Source: the human T2T-CHM13v2.0 reference genome, Homo sapiens
Assembly (NCBI RefSeq): GCF_009914755.1
Contig: NC_060931.1
Length of the DNA: 64,000 nucleotides
Reading direction: 5' to 3' (one strand)
Numbering within the stretch: position 1 is the first letter of the stretch; every line of letters starts with the position of its first letter. Below are positions 13,401 to 26,174 of this stretch, in pieces. Both the position numbers and the translations under genes were made by a program. Below the pieces are notes generated by a model. The model did no database searches and was not told the DNA's origin. It saw only the letters and a list, made by a program, of their open reading frames with translations.

Positions 13401-14123
13401 TGCTGTGTGTATTCAACTCACAGAGTGGAACGTCCCTTTGCACAGAGCAGATTTGAAACACTCTTTTTGTGGAGTTTGCAAGTGGAGATTTCAAGCGATT
13501 TGATGCCAACAGTAGAAAAGGAAATATCTTCAAATAAAAACTAGACAGAATCATTCTCAGAAACTACTTTGTGATGTGTGCCTTCAATTCACAGAGTTCA
13601 ACCTTTCTTTTCTTAGAGCAGTTTAGAAACACTCTGCTTGTTATGTCTGCAAGTGGATATTTGGACCTCTTTGAGGCCTTCGTTGCAAACGGGGTTTCTT
13701 CCTTTCATGCTAGACTAAGAAGAGTTCTCAGTAACTTTTTTGTGTTGTGTGTATTCAACTCACAGAGTTGAACCTTGCTTTAGAGAGAGCAGATTTGAAA
13801 CACTCTTGCTGTGGCATTTTCAGGTGGAGATTTCAAGCGATTTGAGGACAATTGCAGAAAAGGAAATATCTTCGTATAATAACCAGACAGAATCATTCTC
13901 AGAAAGTGCTTTGTGATGTATGCGTTCAACTCACAGAGTTTAACCTTTCTTTTCATAGAGGAGTTTGGAAACACACTGTTTGTAAAGTCTGCAAGTGGAT
14001 ACATGGACCTGTTTGAGGCCTTCGTTGGAAACGGGATTTCTTCATTGAATGCTAGACGGAAGAATTCTCAGTAAATTCTTTGTGTTGTGTGCATTCAACT
14101 CACAGAGTGGAACGTCCCTTTAG

Positions 14124-14803
14124 ACAGAGCAGATTTGAAACACTCTTTTTGCGGAATTTGCAAGTGGAGATTTCTAGCCATTTGATGCCAACAGTAGAAA
14201 GGGAAATATCTTCAAATAAAAACCAGACAGAATCATTCTCAGAAAATTCTTTGTGATGTGTGCGTTCAACTCACATAGTTTAACCTTTCTTTTCATAGAG
14301 CAGTTTGGAAACACTCTGTTTGTAAAGTCTGCAAGTGGATATATGGACCGCATTGAGGCCTTCGTGGGAAACGGGATTTCTTCATTTCATGCTAGACAGA
14401 AGAATTCTCAGTAACTTCTTTGTGCTGTGTGTATTCAACTCACAGAGTGGAACGTCCCTTTGCACAGAGCAGATTTGAAACACTCTTTTTGCGGAATTTG
14501 CAAGTGGAGATTTCTAGCCATTTGATGCCAACAGTAGAAAGGGAAATATCTTCAAATAAAAACCAGACAGAATCATTCTCAGAAAATTCTTTGTGATGTG
14601 TGCGTTCAACTCACATAGTTTAACCTTTCTTTTCATAGAGCAGTTTGGAAACACTCTGTTTGTAAAGTCTGCAAGTGGATATATGGACCGCATTGAGGCC
14701 TTCGTTGGAAACGGGATTTCTTCATTTCATGCTAGACAGAAGAATTCTCAGTAACTTCTTTGTGCTGTGTGTATTCAACTCACAGAGTGGAACGTCCCTT
14801 TGC
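14124..14803 (+). repeat. 340-bp dimer tandem duplication producing an 8-mer HOR variant (1362 bp)
   Basis: ORF spacing 13571 to 14933 is 1362. A hybrid monomer has CCTTTGCAC (dimer-1 allele, 14462-14463) followed by TTTGCGGAATTTG...TTCTAGCC (dimer-3 alleles from 14492). Confidence 0.93.
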
Positions 14804-17800
14804 ACAGAGCAGATTTGAAACACTCTTTTTGTGGAGTTTGCAAGTGGAGATTTCAAGCGATTTGATGCCAACAGTAGAAAAGGACATATCTTCAAATAAA
14901 AACTAGACAGAATCATTCTCAGAAACTACTTTGTGATGTGTGCCTTCAACTCACAGAGTTCAATCTTTCTTTTCTTAGAGCAGTTTAGAAACACTCTGCT
15001 TGTTATGTCTGCAAGTGGATATTTGGACCTCTTTGAGGCCTTCGTTGCAAACGGGGTTTCTTCCTTTCATGCTAGACTAAGAAGAGTTCTCAGTAACTTT
15101 TTTGTGTTGTGTGTATTCAACTCACAGAGTTGAACCTTGCTTTAGAGAGAGCAGATTTGAAACACTCTTGCTGTGGCATTTTCAGGTGGAGATTTCAAGC
15201 GATTTGAGGACAATTGCAGAAAAGGAAATATCTTCGTATAATAACCAGACAGAATCATTCTCAGAAAGTGCTTTGTGATGTGTGCGTTCAACTCACAGAG
15301 TTTAACCTTTCTTTTCATAGAGGAGTTTGGAAACACACTGTTTTTAAAGTCTGCAAGTGGATACATGGACCTGTTTGAGGCCTTCGTTGGAAACGGGATT
15401 TCTTCATTGAATGCTAGACGGAAGAATTCTCAGTAAATTCTTTGTGTTGTGTGCATTCAACTCACAGAGTGGAACGTCCCTTTAGACAGAGCAGATTTGA
15501 AACACTCTTTTTGCGGAATTTGCAAGTGGAGATTTCTAGCCATTTGATGCCAACAGTAGAAAGGGAAATATCTTCAAATAAAAACCAGACAGAATCATTC
15601 TCAGAAAATTCTTTGTGATGTGTGCGTTCAACTCACATAGTTTAACCTTTCTTTTCATAGAGCAGTTTGGAAACACTCTGTTTGTAAAGTCTGCAAGTGG
15701 ATATATGGACCGCATTGAGGCCTTCGTTGGAAACGGGATTTCTTCATTTCATGCTAGACAGAAGAATTCTCAGTAACTTCTTTGTGCTGTGTGTATTCAA
15801 CTCACAGAGTGGAACGTCCCTTTGCACAGAGCAGATTTGAAACACTCTTTTTGTGGAGTTTGCAAGTGGAGATTTCAAGCAATTTGATGCCAACAGTAGA
15901 AAAGGAAATATCTTCAAATAAAAACTAGACAGAATCATTCTCAGAAACTACTTTGTGATGTGTGCCTTCAACTCACAGAGTTTAACCTTTCTTTTCTCAG
16001 AGCAGTTTAGAAACACTCTGCTTGTTATGTCTGCAAGTGGATATTTGGACCTCTTTGAGGCCTTCGTTGCAAACGGGGTTTCTTCCTTTCATGCTAGACT
16101 AAGAAGAGTTCTCAGTAACTTTTTTGTGTTGTGTGTATTCAACTCACAGAGTTGAACCTTGCTTTAGAGAGAGCAGATTTGAAACACTCTTGCTGTGGCA
16201 TTTTCAGCTGGAGATTTCAAGCGACTTGAGGACAATTGCAGAAAAGGAAATATCTTCGTATAATAACCAGACAGAATCATTCTCAGAAAGTGCTTTGTGA
16301 TGTGTGCATTCAACTCACAGAGTTTAACCTTTCTTTTCATAGAGGAGTTTGGAAACACACTGTTTGTAAAGACTGCAAGTGGATATATGGACCTGTTTGA
16401 GGCCTTCGTTGGAAACGGGATTTCTTCATTGAATGCTAGACGGAAGAATTCTCAGTAAATTCTTTGTGTTGTGTGCATTCAACTCACAGAGTGGAACGTC
16501 CCTTTAGACAGAGCAGATTTGAAACACTCTTTTTGCGGAATTTGCAAGTGGAGATTTCTAGCCATTTGATGCCAACAGTAGAAAGGGAAATATCTTCAAA
16601 TAAAAACCAGACAGAATCATTCTCAGAAAATTCTTTGTGATGTGTGCGTTCAACTCACATAGTTTAACCTTTCTTTTCATAGAGCAGTTTGGAAACACTC
16701 TGTTTGTAAAGTCTGCAAGTGGATATATGGACCGCATTGAGGCCCTCGTTGGAAACGGGATTTCTTCATTTCATGCTAGACAGAAGAATTCTCAGTAACT
16801 TCTTTGTGCTGTGTGTATTCACCTCACAGAGTGGAACGTCCCTTTGCACAGAGCAGATTTGAAACACTCTTTTTGTGGAGTTTGCAAGTGGAGATTTCAA
16901 GCGATTTGATGCCAACAGTAGAAAAGGAAATATCTTCAAATAAAAACTAGACAGAATCATTCTCAGAAACTACTTTGTGATGTGTGCCTTCAACTCACAG
17001 AGTTCAACCTTTCTTTTCTTAGAGCAGTTTAGAAACACTCTGCTTGTTATGTCTGCAAGTGGATATTTGGACCTCTTTGAGGCCTTCGTTGCAAACGGCG
17101 TTTCTTCCTTTCATGCTAGACTAAGAAGAGTTCTCAGTAACTTTTTTGTGTTGTGTGTATTCAACTCACAGAGTTGAACCTTGCTTTAGAGAGAGCAGAT
17201 TTGAAACACTCTTGCTGTGGCATTTTCAGGTGGAGATTTCAAGCGATTTGAGGACAATTGCAGAAAAGGAAATATCTTCGTATAATAACCAGACAGAATC
17301 ATTCTCAGAAAGTGCTTTGTGATGTGTGCGTTCAACTCACAGAGTTTAACCTTTCTTTTCATAGAGGAGTTTGGAAACACACTGTTTGTAAAGTCTGCAA
17401 GTGGATACATGGACCTGTTTGAGGCCTTCGTTGGAAACGGGATTTCTTCATTGAATGCTAGACGGAAGAATTCTCAGTAAATTCTTTGTGTTGTGTGCAT
17501 TCAACTCACAGAGTGGAACGTCCCTTTAGACAGAGCAGATTTGAAACACTCTTTTTGCGGAATTTGCAAGTGGAGATTTCTAGCCATTTGATGCCAACAG
17601 TAGAAAGGGAAATATCTTCAAATAAAAACCAGACAGAATCATTCTCAGAAAATTCTTTGTGATGTGTGCGTTCAACTCACATAGTTTAACCTTTCTTTTC
17701 ATAGAGCAGTTTGGAAACACTCTGTTTGTAAAGTCTGCAAGTGGATATATGGACCGCATTGAGGCCTTCGTTGGAAACGGGATTTCTTCATTTCATGCTA

Positions 17801-20800
17801 GACAGAAGAATTATCAGTAACTTCTTTGTGCTGTGTGTATTCAACTCACAGAGTGGAACGTCCCTTTGCACAGAGCAGATTTGAAACACTCTTTTTGTGG
17901 AGTTTGCAAGTGGAGATTTCAAGCGATTTGATGCCAACAGTAGAAAAGGAAATATCTTCAAATAAAAACTAGACAGAATCATTCTCAGAAACTACTTTGT
18001 GATGTGTGCCTTCAACTCACAGAGTTCAACCTTTCTTTTCTTAGAGCAGTTTAGAAACACTCTGCTTGTTATGTCTGCAAGTGGATATTTGGACCTCTTT
18101 GAGGCCTTCGTTGCAAACGGGGTTTCTTCCTTTCATGCTAGACTAAGAAGAGTTCTCAGTAACTTTTTTGTGTTGTGTGTATTCAACTCACAGAGTTGAA
18201 CCTTGCTTTAGAGAGAGCAGATTTGAAACACTCTTGCTGTGGCATTTTCAGGTGGAGATTTCAAGCGATTTGAGGACAATTGCAGAAAAGGAAATATCTT
18301 CGTATAATAACCAGACAGAATCATTCTCAGAAAGTGCTTTGTGATGTGTGCGTTCAACTCACAGAGTTTACCCTTTCTTTTCATAGAGGAGTTTGGAAAC
18401 ACACTGTTTGTAAAGTCTGCAAGTGGATATATGGACCTGTTTGAGGCCTTCGTTGGAAACGGGATTTCTTCATGGAATGCTAGACGGAAGAATTCTCAGT
18501 AAATTCTTTGTGTTGTGTGCATTCAACTCACAGAGTGGAACGTCCCTTTAGACAGAGCAGATTTGAAACACTCTTTTTGCGGAATTTGCAAGTGGAGATT
18601 TCTAGCCATTTGATGCCAACAGTAGAAAGGGAAATATCTTCAAATAAAAACCAGACAGAATCATTCTCAGAAAATTCTTTGTGATGTGTGCGTTCAACTC
18701 ACATAGTTTAACCTTTCTTTTCATAGAGCAGTTTGGAAACACTCTGTTTGTAAAGTCTGCAAGTGGATATATGGACCGCATTGAGGCCTTCGTTGGAAAC
18801 GGGATTTCTTCATTTCATGCTAGACAGAAGAATTCTCAGTAACTTCTTTGTGCTGTGTGTATTCAACTCACAGAGTGGAACGTCCCTTTGCACAGAGCAG
18901 ATTTGAAACACTCTTTTTGTGGAGTTTGCAAGTGGAGATTTCAAGCGATTTGATGCCAACAGTAGAAAAGGAAATATCTTCAAATAAAAACTAGACAGAA
19001 TCATTCTCAGAAACTACTTTGTGATGTGTGCCTTCAACTCACAGAGTTTAACCTTTCTTTTCTTAGAGCAGTTTAGAAACACTCTGCTTGTTATGTCTGC
19101 AAGTGGATATTTGGACCTCTTTGAGGCCTTCGTTGCAAACGGGGTTTCTTCCTTTCATGCTAGACTAAGAAGAGTTCTCAGTAACTTTTTTGTGTTGTGT
19201 GTATTCAACTCACAGAGTTGAACCTTGCTTTAGAGAGAGCAGATTTGAAACAATCTTGCTGTGGCATTTTCAGGTGGAGATTTCAAGCGATTTGAGGACA
19301 ATTGCAGAAAAGGAAATATCTTCGTATAATAACCAGACAGAATCATTCTCAGAAAGTGCTTTGTGATGTGTGCGTTCAACTCACAGAGTTTAACCTTTCT
19401 TTTCATAGAGGAGTTTGGAAACACACTGTTTGTAAAGTCTGCAAGTGGATATATGGACCTGTTTGAGGCCTTCGTTGGAAACGGGATTTCTTCATTGAAT
19501 GCTAGACGGAAGAATTCTCAGTAAATTCTTTGTGTTGTGTGCATTCAACTCACAGAGTGGAACGTCCCTTTAGACAGAGCAGATTTGAAACACTCTTTTT
19601 GCGGAATTTGCAAGTGGAGATTTCTAGCCATTTGATGCCAACAGTAGAAAGGGAAATATCTTCAAATAAAAACCAGACAGAATCATTCTCAGCAAATTCT
19701 TTGTGATGTGTGCGTTCAACTCACATAGTTTAACCTTTCTTTTCATAGAGCAGTTTGGAAACACTCTGTTTGTAAAGTCTGCAAGTGGATATATGGACCG
19801 CATTGAGGCCTTCGTTGGAAACGGGATTTCTTCATTTCATGCTAGACAGAAGAATTCTCAGTAACTTCTTTGTGCTGTGTGTATTCAACTCACAGAGTGG
19901 AACGTCCCTTTGCACAGAGCAGATTTGAAACACTCTTTTTGTGGAGTTTGCAAGTGGAGATTTCAAGCGATTTGATGCCAACAGTAGAAAAGGAAATATC
20001 TTCAAATAAAAACTAGGCAGAATCATTCTCAGAAACTACTTTGTGACGTGTGCCTTCAACTCACAGAGTTTAACCTTTCTTTTCTTAGAGCAGTTTAGAA
20101 ACACTCTGCTTGTTATGTCTGCAAGTGGATATTTGGACCTCTTTGAGGCCTTCGTTGCAAACGGGGTTTCTTCCTTTCATGCTAGACTAAGAAGAGTTCT
20201 CAGTAACTTTTTTGTGTTGTGTGTATTCAACTCACAGAGTTGAACCTTGCTTTAGAGAGAGCAGATTTGAAACACTCTTGCTGTGGCATTTTCAGGTGGA
20301 GATTTCAAGCGATTTGAAGACAATTGCAGAAAAGGAAATATCTTCGTATAATAACCAGACAGAATCATTCTCAGAAAGTGCTTTGTGATGTGTGCGTTCA
20401 ACTCACAGAGTTTAACCTTTCTTTTCATAGAGGAGTTTGGAAACACACTGTTTGTAAAGTCTGCAAGTGGATATATGGACCTGTTTGAGGCCTTCGTTGG
20501 AAACGGGATTTCTTCATTGAATGCTAGACGGAAGAATTCTCAGTAAATTCTTTGTGTTGTGTGCATTCAACTCACAGAGTGGAACGTCCCTTTAGACAGA
20601 GCAGATTTGAAACACTCTTTTTGCGGAATTTGCAAGTGGAGATTTCTAGCCATTTGATGCCAACAGTAGAAAGGGAAATATCTTCAAATAAAAACCAGAC
20701 AGAATCATTCTCAGAAAATTATTTGTGATGTGTGCGTTCAACTCACATAGTTTAACCTTTCTTTTCATAGAGCAGTTTGGAAACACTCTGTTTGTAAAGT

Positions 20801-23661
20801 CTGCAAGTGGATATATGGACCGCATTGAGGCCTTCGTTGGAAACGGGATTTCTTCATTTCATGCTAGACAGAAGAATTCTCAGTAACTTCTTTGTGCTGT
20901 GTGTATTCAACTCACAGAGTGGAACGTCCCTTTGCACAGAGCAGATTTGAAACACTCTTTTTGCGGAGTTTGCAAGTGGAGATTTCAAGCGATTTGATGC
21001 CAATAGTAGAAAAGGAAATATCTTCAAATAAAAACTAGACAGAATCATTCTCAGAAACTACTTTGTGATGTGTGCCTTCAACTCACAGAGTTCAACCTTT
21101 CCTTTCTTAGAGCAGTTTAGAAACACTCTGCTTGTTATGTCTGCAAGTGGATATTTGGACCTCTTTGAGGCCTTCGTTGCAAACGGGGTTTCTTCCTTTC
21201 ATGCTAGACTAAGAAGAGTTCTCAGTAACTTTTTTGTGTTGTGTGTATTCAACTCACAGAGTTGAACCTTGCTTTAGAGAGAGCAGATTTGAAACACTCT
21301 TGCTGTGGCATTTTCAGGTGGAGATTTCAAGCGATTTGAGGACAATTGCAGAAAAGGAAATATCTTCGTATAATAACCAGACAGAATCATTCTCAGAAAG
21401 TGCTTTGTGATGTGTGCGTTCAACTCACAGAGTTTAACCTTTCTTTTCATAGAGGAGTTTGGAAACACACTGTTTGTAAAGTCTGCAAGTGGATACATGG
21501 ACCTGTTTGAGGCCTTCGTTGGAAACGGGATTTCTTCATTGAATGCTAGACGGAAGAATTCTCAGTAAATTCTTTGTGTTGTGTGCATTCAACTCACAGA
21601 GTGGAACGTCCCTTTAGACAGAGCAGATTTGAAACACTCTTTTTGCGGAATTTGCAAGTGGAGATTTCTAGCCATTTGATGCCAACAGTAGAAAGGGAAA
21701 TATCTTCAAATAAAAACCAGACAGAATCATTCTCAGAAAATTCTTTGTGATGTGTGCGTTCAACTCACATAGTTTAACCTTTCTTTTCATAGAGCAGTTT
21801 GGAAACACTCTGTTTGTAAAGTCTGCAAGTGGATATATGGACCGCATTGAGGCCTTCGTTGGAAACGGGATTTCTTCATTTCATGCTAGACAGAAGAATT
21901 CTCAGTAACTTCTTTGTGCTGTGTGTATTCAACTCACAGAGTGGAACGTCCCTTTGCACAGAGCAGATTTGAAACACTCTTTTTGTGGAGTTTGCAAGTG
22001 GAGATTTCAAGCGATTTGATGCCAACAGTAGAAAAGGAAATATCTTCAAATAAAAACTAGACAGAATCATTCTCAGAAACTACTTTGTGATGTGTGCCTT
22101 CAACTCACAGAGTTCAACCTTTCTTTTCTTAGAGCAGTTTAGAAACACTCTGCTTGTTATGTCTGCAAGTGGATATTTGGACCTCTTTGAGGCCTTCGTT
22201 GCAAACGGGGTTTCTTCCTTTCATGCTAGACTAAGAAGAGTTCTCAGTAACTTTTTTGTGTTGTGTGTATTCAACTCACAGAGTTGAACCTTGCTTTAGA
22301 GAGAGCAGATTTGAAACACTCTTGCTGTGGCATTTTCAGGTGGAGATTTCAAGCGATTTGAGGACAATTGCAGAAAAGGAAATATCTTCGTATAATAACC
22401 AGACAGAATCATTCTCAGAAAGTGCTTTGTGATGTGTGCGTTCAACTCACAGAGTTTAACCTTTCTTTTCATAGAGGAGTTTGGAAACACACTGTTTGTA
22501 AAGTCTGCAAGTGGATACATGGACCTGTTTGAGGCCTTCGTTGGAAACGGGATTTCTTCATTGAATGCTAGACGGAAGAATTCTCAGTAAATTCTTTGTG
22601 TTGTGTGCATTCAACTCACAGAGTGGAACGTCCCTTTAGACAGAGCAGATTTGAAACACTCTTTTTGCGGAATTTGCAAGTGGAGATTTCTAGCCATTTG
22701 ATGCCAACAGTAGAAAGGGAAATATCTTCAAATAAAAACCAGACAGAATCATTCTCAGAAAATTCTTTGTGATGTGTGCGTTCAACTCACATAGTTTAAC
22801 CTTTCTTTTCATAGAGCAGTTTGGAAACACTCTGTTTGTAAAGTCTGCAAGTGGATATATGGACCGCATTGAGGCCTTCGTTGGAAACGGGATTTCTTCA
22901 TTTCATGCTAGACAGAAGAATTCTCAGTAACTTCTTTGTGCTGTGTGTATTCAACTCACAGAGTGGAACGTCCCTTTGCACAGAGCAGATTTGAAACACT
23001 CTTTTTGTGGAGTTTGCAAGTGGAGATTTCAAGCGATTTGATGCCAACAGTAGAAAAGGAAATATCTTCAAATAAAAACTAGACAGAATCATTCTCAGAA
23101 ACTACTTTGTGATGTGTGCCTTCAATTCACAGAGTTCAACCTTTCTTTTCTTAGAGCAGTTTAGAAACACTCTGCTTGTTATGTCTGCAAGTGGATATTT
23201 GGACCTCTTTGAGGCCTTCGTTGCAAACGGGGTTTCTTCCTTTCATGCTAGACTAAGAAGAGTTCTCAGTAACTTTTTTGTGTTGTGTGTATTCAACTCA
23301 CAGAGTTGAACCTTGCTTTAGAGAGAGCAGATTTGAAACACTCTTGCTGTGGCATTTTCAGGTGGAGATTTCAAGCGATTTGAGGACAATTGCAGAAAAG
23401 GAAATATCTTCGTATAATAACCAGACAGAATCATTCTCAGAAAGTGCTTTGTGATGTATGCGTTCAACTCACAGAGTTTAACCTTTCTTTTCATAGAGGA
23501 GTTTGGAAACACACTGTTTGTAAAGTCTGCAAGTGGATACATGGACCTGTTTGAGGCCTTCGTTGGAAACGGGATTTCTTCATTGAATGCTAGACGGAAG
23601 AATTCTCAGTAAATTCTTTGTGTTGTGTGCATTCAACTCACAGAGTGGAACGTCCCTTTAG

Positions 23662-24341
23662 ACAGAGCAGATTTGAAACACTCTTTTTGCGGAATTTGCA
23701 AGTGGAGATTTCTAGCCATTTGATGCCAACAGTAGAAAGGGAAATATCTTCAAATAAAAACCAGACAGAATCATTCTCAGAAAATTCTTTGTGATGTGTG
23801 CGTTCAACTCACATAGTTTAACCTTTCTTTTCATAGAGCAGTTTGGAAACACTCTGTTTGTAAAGTCTGCAAGTGGATATATGGACCGCATTGAGGCCTT
23901 CGTGGGAAACGGGATTTCTTCATTTCATGCTAGACAGAAGAATTCTCAGTAACTTCTTTGTGCTGTGTGTATTCAACTCACAGAGTGGAACGTCCCTTTG
24001 CACAGAGCAGATTTGAAACACTCTTTTTGCGGAATTTGCAAGTGGAGATTTCTAGCCATTTGATGCCAACAGTAGAAAGGGAAATATCTTCAAATAAAAA
24101 CCAGACAGAATCATTCTCAGAAAATTCTTTGTGATGTGTGCGTTCAACTCACATAGTTTAACCTTTCTTTTCATAGAGCAGTTTGGAAACACTCTGTTTG
24201 TAAAGTCTGCAAGTGGATATATGGACCGCATTGAGGCCTTCGTTGGAAACGGGATTTCTTCATTTCATGCTAGACAGAAGAATTCTCAGTAACTTCTTTG
24301 TGCTGTGTGTATTCAACTCACAGAGTGGAACGTCCCTTTGC
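23662..24341 (+). repeat. Second copy of the 8-mer HOR variant (340-bp dimer duplication)
   Basis: ORF spacing 23109 to 24471 is 1362. It has the same hybrid junction (24000-24030) and the same TTCGTGGGAA box variant (23904). Confidence 0.93.
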
Positions 24342-24470
24342 ACAGAGCAGATTTGAAACACTCTTTTTGTGGAGTTTGCAAGTGGAGATTTCAAGCGATT
24401 TGATGCCAACAGTAGAAAAGGAAATATCTTCAAATAAAAACTACACAGAATCATTCTCAGAAACTACTTT

Positions 24471-25152
24471 GTGATGTGTGCCTTCAACTCACAGAGTTCA
24501 ATCTTTCTTTTCTTAGAGCAGTTTAGAAACACTCTGCTTGTTATGTCTGCAAGTGGATATTTGGACCTCTTTGAGGCCTTCGTTGCAAACGGGGTTTCTT
24601 CCTTTCATGCTAGACTAAGAAGAGTTCTCAGTAACTTTTTTGTGTTGTGTGTATTCAACTCACAGAGTTGAACCTTGCTTTAGAGAGAGCAGATTTGAAA
24701 CACTCTTGCTGTGGCATTTTCAGGTGGAGATTTCAAGCGATTTGAGGACAATTGCAGAAAAGGAAATATCTTCGTATAATAACCAGACAGAATCATTCTC
24801 AGAAAGTGCTTTGTGATGTGTGCGTTCAACTCACAGAGTTTAACCTTTCTTTTCATAGAGGAGTTTGGAAACACACTGTTTTTAAAGTCTGCAAGTGGAT
24901 ACATGGACCTGTTTGAGGCCTTCGTTGGAAACGGGATTTCTTCATTGAATGCTAGACGGAAGAATTCTCAGTAAATTCTTTGTGTTGTGTGCATTCAACT
25001 CACAGAGTGGAACGTCCCTTTAGACAGAGCAGATTTGAAACACTCTTTTTGCGGAATTTGCAAGTGGAGATTTCTAGCCATTTGATGCCAACAGTAGAAA
25101 GGGAAATATCTTCAAATAAAAACTAGACAGAATCATTCTCAGAAAATTCTTT
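24471..25152 (+). repeat. 4-mer HOR variant (682 bp; one dimer deleted)
   Basis: ORF spacing 24471 to 25153 is 682; hybrid junction at 25101-25164. Confidence 0.93.
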
Positions 25153-26174
25153 GTGATGTGTGCCTTCAACTCACAGAGTTTAACCTTTCTTTTCTTAGAG
25201 CAGTTTAGAAACACTCTGCTTGTTATGTCTGCAAGTGGATATTTGGACCTCTTTGAGGCCTTCGTTGCAAACGGGGTTTCTTCCTTTCATGCTAGACTAA
25301 GAAGAGTTCTCAGTAACTTTTTTGTGTTGTGTTTATTCAACTCACAGAGTTGAACCTTGCTTTAGAGAGAGCAGATTTGAAACACTCTTGCTGTGGCATT
25401 TTCAGGTGGAGATTTCAAGCGATTTGAGGACAATTGCAGAAAAGGAAATATCTTCGTATAATAACCAGACAGAATCATTCTCAGAAAGTGCTTTGTGATG
25501 TGTGCGTTCAACTCACAGAGTTTAACCTTTCTTTTCATAGAGGAGTTTGGAAACACACTCTTTGTAAAGACTGCAAGTGGATATATGGACCTGTTTGAGG
25601 CCTTCGTTGGAAACGGGATTTCTTCATTGAATGCTAGACGGAAGAATTCTCAGTAAATTCTTTGTGTTGTGTGCATTCAACTCACAGAGTGGAACGTCCC
25701 TTTAGACACAGCAGATTTGAAACACTCTTTTTGCGGAATTTGCAAGTGGAGATTTCTAGCCATTTGATGCCAACAGTAGAAAGGGAAATATCTTCAAATA
25801 AAAACCAGACAGAATCATTCTCAGAAAATTCTTTGTGATGTGTGCGTTCAACTCACATAGTTTAACCTTTCTTTTCATAGAGCAGTTTGGAAACACTCTG
25901 TTTGTAAAGTCTGCAAGTGGATATATGGACCGCATTGAGGCCTTCGTTGGAAACGGGATTTCTTCATTTCATGCTAGACAGAAGAATTCTCAGTAACTTC
26001 TTTGTGCTGTGTGTATTCAACTCACAGAGTGGAACGTCCCTTTGCACAGAGCAGATTTGAAACACTCTTTTTGTGGAGTTTGCAAGTGGAGATTTCAAGC
26101 GATTTGATGCCAACAGTAGAAAAGGAAATATCTTCAAATAAAAACTAGACAGAATCATTCTCAGAAACTACTTT

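Larger units (their letters stand above)
6206..25100 (+). repeat. Older tandem segmental duplication of ~9.5 kb (copy 1 ~6.2-15.7 kb, copy 2 ~15.7-25.1 kb)
   Basis: Rare variants recur in the same order. At offset 9538: 6343/15881, 6460/15998, 6670/16208, 6687/16225, 7284/16822, 7561/17099, 14366/23904 and both 8-mers. At offset 10560 in the middle: 7914/18474, 9133/19693, 9487/20047, 10404/20964. Boundaries are approximate. Confidence 0.88.
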
